A DNA stretch of 64,000 nt from Botryllus schlosseri. Lineage: Eukaryota. The stretch is from the NCBI GenBank assembly GCA_051294905.1, contig CM119372.1, forward strand, positions 16,866,001-16,930,000, in the 5' to 3' direction. The translations under genes were made by a program, and so were the position numbers. Below, piece by piece: positions 51,342 to 64,000 of the stretch. The notes below the pieces were generated by a model. The model was not told the origin of the DNA, searched no databases, and was given only the letters and a program-made list of their open reading frames with translations. Positions within the stretch are counted from its first letter, which is position 1. Each line of letters begins with the position of its first letter.

Positions 51342-51427
51342 GAATATTGTATTGACATCTTTCTCCTGCTGAGCATAGAGTGGTCAGACAATTTGAAATG
51401 TTTGTCAAATTTCTTTCATGTATATAT

Positions 51428-52394
51428 AGGTGTTGGGATGACTCGAGTCATGACTTGACTCGAGTCAGACTCGAGTCACCTTTTTTGTATGACTTGACTT
51501 GACTCGAGTCACTTTGCTAAAATGACTTGACTTGACTTGACTCGGCGTATCAAAAATGTGGATTGACTCGTGACTCGGAGCAAAATCCACGAGTCAATTT
51601 CAAGTCATCAAGTAATCGGTGTCGATAAAAATCACTGTATCTTGCATATGTTCGGATTGCTCGCGAAACGCTGGCGTAACCCGTGAGAGCGACCAACCAT
51701 TCAATGATCGTGCGTTTGACTGAGCCTCCATTGTTCTCTCACAAATAAATTGACCGCAAACTAAGTGGTCGAAGCTTACAGCTTACGTTGTCGTAAACTA
51801 GTAGTAAAGTAATTTAATAGCAAATTTCTGTTCTATGTTCTTACCTTAACCAAACCTATTGTTTTATTGAAATTGAATTTGAATATAGTTTATATACCCA
51901 TCAACCATTGGCGCAGGTTCGAATTGTATCATATCAATATGTAAATGAGTAATGTATTGCATCTTGTCAATTCATTTATCTATTCTCTATTTGGCTGATA
52001 ATTATAAACTGAGGCTAAGCAATTACTTACGTAGTTTAACAGTTCTATACGCATATGTGAGCTATACAGCGCCTTATTAGGTGTATATTCAACTGTATAT
52101 TCGTTCATCGGCTCAGAATCAATGACCACTCAATCTGTATATCAGACAGCTAGAAAAATGCAATGGCGTTATTATGCCTCATACTTCGAAAATGCAACTT
52201 GACTTGAATTGTGACTTGACTCGTGACTTGACTTGACTTGACTCGACTTGACTCGAGTCACCTTCAAAAATCGAGTGACTTGACTTGACTCGAGTCACCT
52301 TCGAAAATCGATTGACTTGACTTGACTCGAGTCAAAATATGCAATGACTCGAAATGACTCGTGACTCGAAGGTGGTGACTTGATCCCAACACTG
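51428..52394. mobile_element. MITE with GACTT/GACTCGAGTC subterminal arrays
   Basis: TIR GTGTTGGGAT...ATCCCAACAC; flanking direct repeat GTATATAT. Confidence 0.75.
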
Positions 52395-53762
52395 GTATAT
52401 ATAGGCTATTTCGGTTGATGTTGCATACTGAAAGAATTTTTCTTTGAGTGAATAGCTATAACTGGATGTACGACTGTTCGTTCGGTTCGAAAATGCATAA
52501 AGTACGTATTCTTTAATCACCAGTTTCATATTATTTGTAATTAATTCGATATTACAGATTGAAATTCGACCATGAGTTAAATATAAATTTCCCTATTTAT
52601 GACGTGACAATGACCTTATAGCGTTTTCCGCACCGTTCTTGAAGTTACAGATCACCGGTGACATATGAGTCCAGTGATTGTCATCGTATATTTAGGGCGA
52701 GATAAGTTTAACCAATAGGTCAAAATGACGAAGTTTCTTCAGATCAATTGGCAATCGAGAACACAAACACTCGACGCCTTCGTCGATTCTCACGCTATGG
52801 CATTTCACCGCTTCAACGAAACGATATTATGTACTACTTATTAATGATCACACATTTGCAAATGCAAACAGACGCAGCAGCAAAATTATGAGCTATCGAA
52901 TTTGATTGTATTATTAATATATCATTAATACATTACTATATTATTGTCTTGCAACCTACAAATTCTTCACTACTGTTCGGGGACAAGAATTTAGTGGCGC
53001 GATTTGAGTAGCCTATACTGAATAAACGATTATACTGATATTATGTTTTGGTGGTGAACGATGAAAGAATGTTCTTCTGCGTAATAAATTACTTCACCCA
53101 CATGGTATTCAGAGGCATTTTCAACAACCCAATTACGTCTCTAATCAATTTCAATGTACGAACGGATCTGGCTATCGCATTTGCGAATATGGTGAAAAGT
53201 GGCAAGGCCTTAAATTCAGCGATGAGACCATCACCCACTCGCACAATGCATACATACAATCAGCGGACTGTACAGTTGACAGGTGTTTATTTTTCGATCT
53301 TCATATGTATAGAATGACAATGGCGTAGGGCGTAGCACGAAAAAAAAACTCAGCTAAGAATTCAATAGACGGTCGTGTAAGGCCCTACCATGCTTTCCCG
53401 GTGTCCAAACCCTTAGTTGTTACAGGTGCAGAAGCGGTTCGGTGCCCGATCGAAATTTCCCAATTTTATAGAAATAGGCCTCACCATCGATATTGTGATG
53501 TCAGATACACCCTGAAACTATCTCCGTCACTGAGAGTTACTTGGTTTCGCCAACAGGATCGTGATGTAGTCGTGATGACCTTGTGGTCTTATTCGGTAAC
53601 TGGTGGAAATCGTTGTTATCGCTCGTTATCCGCAATTGCGTCATCATTCAGCCGTATATATTTGCGAGCAGTCTACATCTAGCGGAATTTAAAAGGAACT
53701 AGCTTGGCCTGATATCTTAGTAGCGATATCTCAGTACGAGCACTATATACGCGAGTCACGTG

Positions 53763-55654
53763 ATGATTTTTGTTACCGTTCTCTGCATTGCATTGAGCAT
53801 ATCGGCTGTCCGTAAGTACTCGTTACTCTTGTATTGTGAGCAAAATGGATTTCCTGTGAGTTTAATCGCGTGATCGAGCACGGTGGTCTCATGTATGGTG
53901 ATAAAACATAAATTGAATATTCGACTAATGTAGACGAGCGCTATAGGATGTTCTTTCTTTTGAAATCGCCTTCCCAGGCTCGGATAGTTGTCAAGGAAGA
54001 TGTTCCGATCCCTTCGACAACAGTCTGAGTTGTCAATGCAACGACGCGTGCACTACTAATAATGACTGCTGCTCTGACTATGATTTGTACTGCAATAATC
54101 AGTAAGTATAGCCTACACGTGAATGAATTACTAATAAGATTTTGAGCGATCGTACCATTGTCGTTCTTATTGGTCATCATGGTGTTTCGAGATCAGATTC
54201 AGAGGTCCTTACACAGCTGGATGATATTCATACTTGTTATTCCTGAACTGCCAACTTGTAGCATGGCCCACTTTCATTGTAGGCTCTTGTGAGATTCCGC
54301 TACGATGATGGCTTTGAGCAGTGAGCATGAGCATCGATCAGCCCAGATCAGTGGTTCTCAACCGGGGGTCCTCGAAGCCTCTAAATTTGAAAAGTGATTG
54401 TTAACCTCATTTACAAGTGTTTTTTTTAAACAAGGGAAGTCACGAGGCAGTTCTGCTTCATAACTGTTAAAACTTCAGGACTCACAGCAATAGAATTGCC
54501 GTCTAGGATGAAATATTCTACTCTGTAAATTAATTTCAATTTCCTAATTGCCAATAGTCTACTGATACTGATACAAACATATTGCTGGTTAAACATGTTT
54601 CATGGGGGTCTGTGGGTGAAAAATAAAAGTTGCAGTCAGTCAGACTTCGAAATGTTTGCATAGAATTTTGGATTCGACGTTATCAACTCAGCAGATTAGT
54701 GACAGTCGTTTTAAATAGAAATTAAAACCTCGCCGCGTAATCCATTTTCTCTTGTGATATACATATCCTCTATTCCAGAATAACTTCACGATGAGCTGGT
54801 TGATGGAAATGGCTCGGCTACGTGATATATTCAGTAACAAATCAGTTTCTCAATTTGGTGGCATTCATGTTGTGATCATAACCGATGGTGTCGTTCAAAG
54901 CGTTATATTACGCTCACCACCACCTATCATTGCGGGGATGTATTTTCGGCACTCGCCCATATCAAATGGGTTTTCACTGTTACTCCAAGAAACACAGCTG
55001 TAGAATTCGCTTTGGAATAATAAAAGTCTAACCAATTTCTGCATTTAGTATGATGTTATTTTCAGGATAACTCATTTTTTGCTGTTTATCACTAGCCTAC
55101 AGTTAATATCAGCACAAGACAGATGGCGGTTGCACGGTAATTGAGTTATATCTCAACTTGAACTTGTGGGGGTCGCGGGGGTCCGTGGCGGTCCAAAAGG
55201 GGTCCACGAAGAAAAAAAGGTTGAGAACCACTGGCCTAGATATTAGTCTAGCACGTGGACAGGATGCCAAGGGACACGGCGATGTTAGCAAGTCAAGTCG
55301 CAACTAAACCATGATACAAATAAAATTGCAATGACATATGATTTATTCCAAAAGTAATTCTGTATCATCTTGTTGGCTTCAAGTTTCGACTGTTTCTAAA
55401 GTATGGATGATTTTGACCATGCGGACATTGACTTATGTTTGTTCAGGGAGACATGTGTTGGCAGAGACTGTACTCAATACATATCATCTCTGCCTTGCCA
55501 ATGCAATGACGAGTGTGAAAACTATGGGAACTGCTGCCCTGATCGCTATGCAGTATGGTGAGTAGATATATAGGTAGGCAATTTCTCCAGTCCTCCAGGT
55601 GTCTCGAAGTCAGCATAAATTCTCATCAGAGTTAGTTGTACGCACGCATATACG

Positions 55655-55715
<61 letters not shown>

Positions 55716-58700
55716 ACACACACACACACATACACACATACACACACATACACACACTTACATACATACATACATAGACACACTAACATGAACTTAAACA
55801 TATGGATAATTGCCTATACAATACAATACAATCTTACACGCACTCCTGATGAAGATCCGGACGCAGCTGACATGGAATCAGCCAACAATTACCACCAGCA
55901 TCAAAAGCGTCCATAGCGAATGTATAGCCTTTGTAAGTTGTTTCCAAGTCATTCATATGTACATAGATTGGGGGATTTTCACAAATCGTAGGGTATTGTA
56001 ACCAATCACAACTATTCGCCCGTTCAGTTCTGCCGATACCTGCAGTGGTCGCTGCGGTCAGTCAGTCGATAGCACCAAGAGTTGCCAGTGTAACGAACAA
56101 TGTGCGAGCTACGGAGATTGCTGCCCGGACTATGTGACTCAGTGTAACAGTGGAGGTGGCAACTGCGGTATGTTGACTCGGCTTACAGTGGTACGAAATG
56201 AGTATGTATAGCAGGGGCGGGCAACTTCTCCATCCTGCGGGCCGGATAGGGAAACATGAATATGAGGCGGGCCAGATTCCTGATTTTTTTTATGAGTTTA
56301 CGGGAACTCCCCCTTTGAGAACTCGCCACAGATCCGTCCATCTACCATGCATTACCCTTTGTACATACAATTCAGAGACGCACACATTTCTGCAGTTGCG
56401 TAGTATATCTGGATTGGGCGACCGGTTCACGGGCGAGTTCAAATTACAGATATAAATGTGATCAAAAATCAGAGAATATATTGCTTCTAGTCGCGCAAAG
56501 CGCGAAAATTTTTTGCGTAAATGAATGAATTTGATCAATGATATTGGTGAGTGTATGAGCAAGTGGTTTCTTCGAAAATTTACAGCACGTATAATTATAA
56601 TTTTGAACATTGACCATGGCATAAGAATATTCATGAGCTTATCGCAGAATATTCACTTCGGGCGGGTTCTTTGTTATTGATTACTTTGTTGGAGACCCGG
56701 ACTATTCTAGTGTATCTATGATACTGTATTCTCACAATCAAGTCACGTACGTAGAGACACTAAATCGCGCCATGCGCGGGATTTTTTTTTAGTTTGAATC
56801 CATCTACCCGAAAATATTCCACTACTTATAAATATTACGATTATTCTCGAAAAATTTGGTAATGGCATGGTCCCATTCGCCCCTGGCTACGTCAATGCAG
56901 TGAACATCAGTTGTATTGGATCTTCGCTTTGTCTTGCTCATGTTCATGCTCGATAATGTTTGCGCATTAATGCCTGTAGACGGTGACGCGGGCCTCATCA
57001 TCACGTAAGACCGAAAACTGTCGGCGGGCCGCACAAAATCCAGTTGCGGGTCGGATCCGGCCCGCCGGCCGTATGTTGCCCGTCCCTGATGTATACTATC
57101 ATTCTCGGAGATGAGCATGAAATTGGATGTTAATTTATTGCATTTGGGATATTTACTAAACAGGATTTGGGTCTAGGCTTATAGGTAGCAATGGAATTTC
57201 CAATAATCTTGGTATTCTTTGTGGCATTTGAGTTTGAGTCATTATTGGATTGGGACTTCAGCGAGATATAACCATCAGGAATTTTTAGATTTCTAGAAAT
57301 CCGTGGATGTAACATGGACTGATGATGATGAGGATAGCACTGTTATTTATACGGTTAAGGCTTGCTTAAATTGGGAATATAGCAGGGATGATGATGATAT
57401 ACAGTGGTTAAGGTTACCATCTTCATAGTCCTGGTGTTCTTGATCATTGTACATCAGTAATAGTGAGTACCTAAAAGAAGTATAAAGCTCGATACCTTCA
57501 TAATTGGATTAAATGTTAGGTATGCACATTTTTATCATCAGTCACGCCGTTGTGAAAGACTTCCGAATTTGAGGCGACGATGTATTTTATATAGCCTAGC
57601 CGTGAAATGATTTTGAATCAATGTAATTAATGAGCATACGCTACTCCTGTAGCGTACGACCCGAAAGTGTTGGGAGTAGTGCTTATGAATTCATGTCCAA
57701 AGTCATGTTAGGATGATTTTCCACATAGGAAACCTCCCACGTGCCGTGGCCCAGAGCTAGATAGCCTACTGTTATGGTGATATCCCAAATTTGACAGACG
57801 CGATTTCTGTTACCGACAACGAGTTGGAGGCAATCTCATATGAGCTGTGGAATCTCGACAGCAACTCGTTCCCGAGCTATGCCGTCCAATATGACACGCA
57901 AGGATCGACAACAACTTCAGCGACAAATGACGCTGCTCCTGGTCCGTGAGTATTTGTCTACTGCAAACTATTTAATGTAATCTGCTGATCTGTCAAGACT
58001 TAACGAACGACTCTCAGATTTTTTACGTACGTGGATTCAAGTCGTTTTTCCGGCGATACCTATCAAAAACTCATCGCTTTGCAAGACAACTACATCCGGA
58101 CTCAAGGATATACCGAAGTGGTCCCAGACGAGGAATTGGATGAAAACTCAGCTTTTCTGGACGCCGTTTTGTCGACTTCAGTTGGACAGAGCCTTTACCA
58201 ATTTTTGGATAGCAAAAGTATCTTGCTCTATACTTTAAAACTGTGATACCGTTGGCTATTCATTCTGTATATAATCAGACTTAGCAGGATGTGCCGGTAT
58301 CAACGGATTCAAAGTCATCCTCAATGACATTTGGTTCGGAATGTACGACAGACAAGCAACGCGCGATACTAGCGGGTATGTATGTAATGTATCTATAATG
58401 CATTACATTTGCATATCTGTGTATACGTAGTTGCGATGAATACGACGATTGTATGGTTTCTGCAACGTACGCTTGGATGACGAGAGAGGTGCGGGGTCAA
58501 TATGTTTGGCTATCAACTTTAAACATCCGACTATTTATCCAATAAGCAACTAACGCATATCTCTGATATTCAGAGATATCTTCTTGAAATATGCCTAAAT
58601 CAGCATATCTCTTGCGGGTATATACATTATACATACATATACCATGGACAGCTAAATATCTGTGAAGTGCATTGACTATCATCTGCAAAATGCAACATCT

Positions 58701-61624
58701 ATCCAATGGTCGGGAACCTTTTTCATCAAAGCATACATATTGTCCCGATATTTTCAATTGTAATTCGCAGGTAACCAAAAAACAATTGCAATCAAGTGTG
58801 ATGTCACATTTGAAGAGTCATGACGTCATCGTGTCACGGGATTCGTCGTGTACGCCATATTGTCGGTGTTAAAAACGGACGCGACTTTATAAAACCCAAA
58901 TTAATCAAGTCATGTGTAAAGTCGGACTTCGTGGTGTCGCGGTTTGACCGTTACCTGAATACTTGACTATCACAAATCCATGCACGACATACTAAACAGT
59001 TAAAATTTCGATCCCTGTGCTCTCATAACTGTCTTCTCGTTAGTTATTCTTGATTTGAATAACGAGTTGACTTGTAGGCCTACTATCGAAAGTACTGATT
59101 ATCACCGATATTCAAGGGGGGAATGCAAATCCTGGATCAGTTTACCCAACGGCTAGTTTGCCACAATAGCAGATCTCAGTTCTGATGAAATAATAAATAT
59201 ATTTGATTTCACGGAATCGCCTGATAACTACATTATTCGAAAATTTACAGAGTTACATCGGTCGATTTAGATGTGAGCCCTGCATTCCCTAACGTAGTAG
59301 TAACGTTGTAGGGCAGAAGATTGCAAATAAAGAGCCATTCTTCAGAAAGGAAACGCTATAGTTAGCCAGACAGTTGTGTCAGTAAATCTCATTCAACGGT
59401 AATTATTATTGTTATTATTATTAGTATGGTAAAAAGTAGTAGTGGCGCTGATCTCCCGTAATGGTCTGGTGCGCCACGGTCTGCAATTATCTTCTGGTGT
59501 AATAAGTTACTTTGAAATGTAATTAATCCTCGGCTATATACCGATCAAAGATTAAAGGATTCTACGAGATGATATCACGAATTCAGCCACAGGGGCTAAT
59601 AGCTCGGGTTGGACCAAGATTCAACGGTAGTAGAAAATACTGATTTCGTTTCCAGATTTGAGCATTCCTTCGTCGGTGAAATAAAAGGTAGCGGTGTTTC
59701 CGGTTTTCACAACTGGGTATACTTTTACCACCAAGAGCTCGCGGGCACTTTCAACTATCAGGGATATATTAGCCAGCAAGAACCGCGTATGGTAGGAATG
59801 AGACACACTTGGTATGGCGCCAACAAGAAGATGAATGGATTCACGATCGGTACAAGTCCCGAAATCGAGCTGGCATTGTATTCACTCTGTCATCTTTCAA
59901 GGCCCAACTCTGTGTAAGTATAGCCCAGTGACTGTAGCGTTTTCAGTAGACGCGTCATGCATTGCAATTGGTGCAGTGTTTCATGAACCAGTATTCTCGA
60001 ACCCCTTGGGTGTCCAGACCATAATACAGTGACAGGGAGAATATTAGAAATTGACGGGATCAAAATAATTTCACGTGGGTATAACCCTAAGCAGCAACTC
60101 ATATAGGTATCACCAATTGTATCGCATTCTATTATTTCCATATTTTACTATAGCCATAGTGATTTTAATAGTTTTCCAGGTGACAGGCTCGGCGGTTTAA
60201 TTAATATTTTAAATATTTTCAGTCAGTTAGTTGTACGTCGTGGAAATTTAGGAGTATGAGACTGAATAAAGATTACGAACCCCTGAGTTGGACGATATAA
60301 AAGAATATCTCCGTTTATTTATATAAGTCCATATATATGACAAGCTTATAGGTACAGGGAAAGTTTATATTGCACTAAAATCCCGAGAAAGTTGTAGCCT
60401 ACTTAATTTTAACTAAAGTTGAAGTAAAAAGTTGCATTTATAATATTTTTAAATTATTAGGGTATGGTATACTCCAAAGAATCCGTTGTACAACCAAACA
60501 GTTTGAGATTTGCAGGGTGTCTGCTTCCTCGGTTTGAAACCCACGTGATAGCATTTCGCTGTCACCTCCTACAAAGCTGCCAAATTTGTCTCTTTCCTAT
60601 TCACGGACGGTCTGACGAAACCGCAGAAAATAACATTTATTACCAGTACGCAGCAAGGAGATAACGCAATGCGGAAATAATTTTCCCCCAAAAAAGACAA
60701 ACAGCATAGCGATAACCCATGCACCCCCTCCTCCCCCAAAAACAAGTCAAATACCACCCGCCACACCAAATCCCCGAGGTCTACAAACTTGACCTAAGGC
60801 ATTGCAGCAAAACATAGTGTTGGCGACTTTAACAAAATCAATATCCTTAAAAATTAGACCCAGTGAAAATGTAATGTAGGACTGTCTCGCACTGGAGTCC
60901 GTGAAATGGGAAACTACCTCAAATTGAAACGACCGAGAATTATTCAAGCAATCTATTTCGTGTCTATCGGGCACGGTCGTGCTTGGATGGGTATAGTTGA
61001 ACTTTTGGCTTGCAAGCAATTGCGTCATAGATAACATTGAGATGCAGCCAATCCATCACATAGCTCTTTGTTATGTAAATCAAATAGAGTAGAATCATAC
61101 CAGAAATAGTTTTATAGCATGTTTTTTAAATCATTTCTTTACATTTTTGCGCAATAGTTGATAAAGGTTGCAGTAAAAATTTGCATGAATAATAGTGAAA
61201 GGTTACAACATAAAATTCCTCCAAACGCAGCTTAAAACATCTTACTACGTAAATTCTGAGTATCTAGGAAGCTGTAAAAAGGTTGCCAAAACTTGCGCTA
61301 CTTATGAGTGCTCACTACTTCGCAATGAATCAATGACATCATGTCATTGCAAAACATTTCGTCTCCTGCCCTTATCTACACCACATCTTGCCTGCCCCTC
61401 ATATACGGGGTGATACGAATTTCTGCCAACCAACTCAATACATGAGAGGGGTGGAAAAGTTAATTAGGTTAATGATGATTTCTATCTTTTGTTGCAGATG
61501 CCCGATCAAATTGTCTGACTCCTACGGCAACACCTTGTACAGAGACATTCAGACTTATAGCTGGACTTCCCAATCCGCGCCTAACGGACAATCCTACATA
61601 GCTTCAGCCTTCTTTTTGAGCTAA
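53763..61624 (+). CDS. ENDOU: Secreted EndoU-family endoribonuclease with 3 somatomedin-B domains (paralog 3)
   Basis: Exons 53763-53811 (signal peptide MIFVTVLCIALSISAV), 53978-54101, 55447-55557, 56028-56167, 57798-57945, 58018-58217, 58279-58375, 59656-59913, 61498-61624, all GT-AG and in frame. Motifs: SGFEHSFVGE, GFHNW, NKK, GTSPEIELAL, IASAFF. Confidence 0.93.
54349..55233. mobile_element. hAT Charlie-like MITE
   Basis: TIR CAGTGGTTCTCAACC; TSD GCCCAGAT/GCCTAGAT. Confidence 0.8.
55659..55776. repeat. (CA)n microsatellite degenerating into CATA repeats
   Basis: Pure CA run to ~55710, then interrupted; lies in an intron of ENDOU paralog 3. Confidence 0.95.
56212..57088. mobile_element. 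hAT Charlie/Buster-type MITE
   Basis: TIR CAGGGGCGGGCAAC...GTTGCCCGTCCCTG; TSD ATGTATAG/ATGTATAC; GCGGGCC motifs. Confidence 0.8.
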
Positions 61625-61982
61625 ATATAGCGTAGGCTATAGTGGTAACTACACAGCTAGTATCGCTGAAATACACCACGATTGTGCATTATCCAATTCT
61701 CAAGTGTCCTGGAAATGGTGTGATTCAATTTATAAATCGAAAGGAAGAAACGTTGCTATTATACATAAATGATATATTTGGCAACAATGACAATGCTAGC
61801 AAGTACGGTCACCACAACATAAGCGTTAGCGGAGTTGACAGGACAAGTTTCTGAGGACATAAGACTGATATTCAGGTATTTCCATGAAAGGCGCGGTGAT
61901 ACTGAGTGGAATAACATCGATACATCCGCTCATTTTCGAACTTCACATCGTTGTATTTGATGCAACTCTAGGCAGTTTCGAA

Positions 61983-63949
61983 TCAAGTGCGCACCGACCA
62001 GGGCGTTTTTCCGTCATCGAGTTTCTGCTTTATTGTGGCCTGAAAAAATTGTGATCCGATATGCTTAGTTTTTAATTAAAACTATACGCAATCATTCTCA
62101 CTTAACCACATTCACATTGTTGGTATTGTTCACAGAAAGGGGCCTTACGCTATAGCCAACAGTCGGAAATGTCAATAAAGTAAACGGAACATTGAAATTA
62201 GTAAGACCCAAACAGCATCCTGTCGTGACAAAAAGGGAAAGTAACGGTTTTTATCAGTTTTCATTTGGAGTTGTGTACCTCACTCCTGTCATCTCATCAT
62301 TGCGGAGCAGAGACACGGTTGTGTAGCACCGAATGTGTAAGCCAAGGGATTAAATTAATCAGTGGGATCATGTCATCCGTGTCCAATCTGCATAACAATA
62401 ATGCTTACCAAGTTCGTGAATTTATCTTGGCACGCAACTCGAATACGTTCCGCGGTCGCGGGACTGTCCAGTCGGAATGGTCCGGTCACACCGGCGTCCA
62501 ATCGGGCGCTTTTGATTCCATCTTTAATCGCGCAAAGCACGGCGGTTCCAAGTAGTAGTGGAGGCTCTCCAACAGCCTGAAAGTATTGTCCAATTAGATC
62601 GATTCTGATTTCATGACCCTGATTTGTATCATTTGAAACTATATTGGTGCAGTTGCAACTGAGTCTCACGTCGATAGGTTCAGGTTCAAACATGTGTCTT
62701 GATCTCACCACTGGGTTAGTATGTATTTGAGTCTAGGGTATGTTCAAAATTGTCTAGGACTCAGGTATCAGTTCTGTAGTATGACTGCGGTGCGTTCAAG
62801 TTTGTCTAGCGCTCAGGGGTCGTGTGTGGGGTGTGCAAGGAGTTCGAAATTGAGACCACGTAATTTTGAAATGCCGATTCAATCTCCCATATCTATTATA
62901 GTTCATTTGGAATTAGCCAATTGGTATATCTCGCTATTGTGTTTCGCACAAACAATAAGATGGTACTTTCGAGTTGAAGCCTCGCATTCTGGAACTGATC
63001 TCCGAAAGGGAACAGCAGTGTCACATTGGCTATAAACGTTAAAAAAACACTGGTGTCGAGGCTCCTCGCCGCGAATGCAGGGTATACATATGCCCACGCA
63101 AATCACAATGGGTAATCATGACGCCATGCACTCTTCACTAATTCCAATTTAAGACACATTCTAATAGTCAACTCCATGTACTTTGGGTAAAAGATTACCG
63201 CTGTAATTCGGTAGATGCATTAAATGTTTTGACTACAATTTCCGCGAAATAACTTGAAAACAATTAATATCGAGCCGCATTGTCAGTGGCACTGAATACA
63301 TTCTGGTACACGACCGTTCATGAGACATGCATTTAGCTTACGCGGGACGAGTAAACGGCCTTATCGTTTGGTGAGTTACGCAGGAAATGTATGTTGAATT
63401 GTCGCGGTGTGTCACTCAACCCGGGTATTTTGTAAGATCCCGGTCCCACGGTCCATAGCTGTCCGGACGATGAGTGTAACGGCTCTTCCATAGTCATCAT
63501 TCCGTAACCTTGAGTGAATGCTCCTTCGACCTAACAATTTTTGAATGGTGAATGAACCCAGCGAAACAGATCATATTGGAAACGATACATATAATGATTA
63601 GTGTAAGTCGGAAAAAGCAAATACCATATTTTCTCAATAAAAAATCTTTTGGCGACACACTTCTCAAATAACAAAATATTTCGACAATTCATAGTCAGCA
63701 TCACGGTTCCTTATTGTAATTGCATCATATAAATGCTCGTGTGAAATATAGACCACCTGTCCGATATCGATTGCTGGATTGAGACTTCTACCAAGATCGA
63801 CTACTATGTCGGTCCTCAAAATTGCATGGTGTCCTGTTAATACATCGATCTCCACCATACTTGTCGCCGCTCCGCTCGCTTGGTAGCTGCTCCATTCGCC
63901 GATGGATGTGCCGGTTTTGCGATCCCATTCGTTAACGAGGTTGGGTACC
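61983..63949 (-). CDS. XDH: Xanthine dehydrogenase/aldehyde oxidase family molybdoflavoenzyme, last four exons (5' part outside window)
   Basis: Exons 63949-63757 (VEIDVLTG...[14 protein letters not shown]), 63530-63342 ([10 protein letters not shown]...GPGSYKIPG...AVYSSR), 62576-62409 (AVGEPP with the catalytic Glu, [14 protein letters not shown]), 62039-61983 (PWSVRT*). XDH versus AOX cannot be settled from this fragment. Confidence 0.88.
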
Positions 63950-64000
63950 CTGGTTGTAAAGAAGGTTTAAATCGGATTGGCCTATCGCGACACTGTGAGT

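Noticed and set aside
51436..52380. CRISPR-like array of GACTTGACTCGAGTC repeats
   Set aside because: No unique spacers of regular length; these are MITE subterminal repeats in eukaryotic DNA.
55846..55880. Other CTGATGA/CTGACGA motifs (also ~4393, 44312 minus, 50821, 59182, 60612) as hammerheads
   Set aside because: No correctly placed GAAA/UH or closing stems.
55546..55916. ORFs with CVCVCV / HTHTHT repeats
   Set aside because: Translations of the (CA)n microsatellite in an intron.

Overview
Eukaryotic (animal, probably invertebrate) genomic DNA with many short introns (55-90 nt) and a very dense load of nested non-autonomous transposons. Seven protein-coding genes can be reconstructed by hand. 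DDX11/ChlR1 Fe-S helicase lies on the minus strand and runs off the window start. An intronless Rieske protein UQCRFS1 is followed only 328 bp later by RBM17/SPF45. Next come three tandem somatomedin-B + EndoU ribonuclease genes (4, 2 and 3 SMB domains), then the convergent 3' end of a xanthine dehydrogenase/aldehyde oxidase gene. Mobile DNA includes a decayed R4/Dong-type non-LTR element next to a (TAA)n tract, two L2/CR1-group LINE 3' ends, a tail-to-tail pair of tRNA-derived SINEs, a hAT transposase relic and many hAT-type MITEs with 8-bp TSDs. The most notable observations are: (i) a ~400-bp element in RBM17 intron 3 whose 83-bp inverted arms each carry a minimal type I hammerhead ribozyme motif; (ii) an EndoU cluster in which all paralogs appear to replace the uridine-specificity Ser with Gly and differ in SMB number, charge and a furin site; (iii) a possible UQCRFS1-RBM17 operon or shared transcription unit; (iv) a 31-bp 'micro-transposon' with a perfect TSD. 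All coordinates and translations were read by eye; no searches were run.
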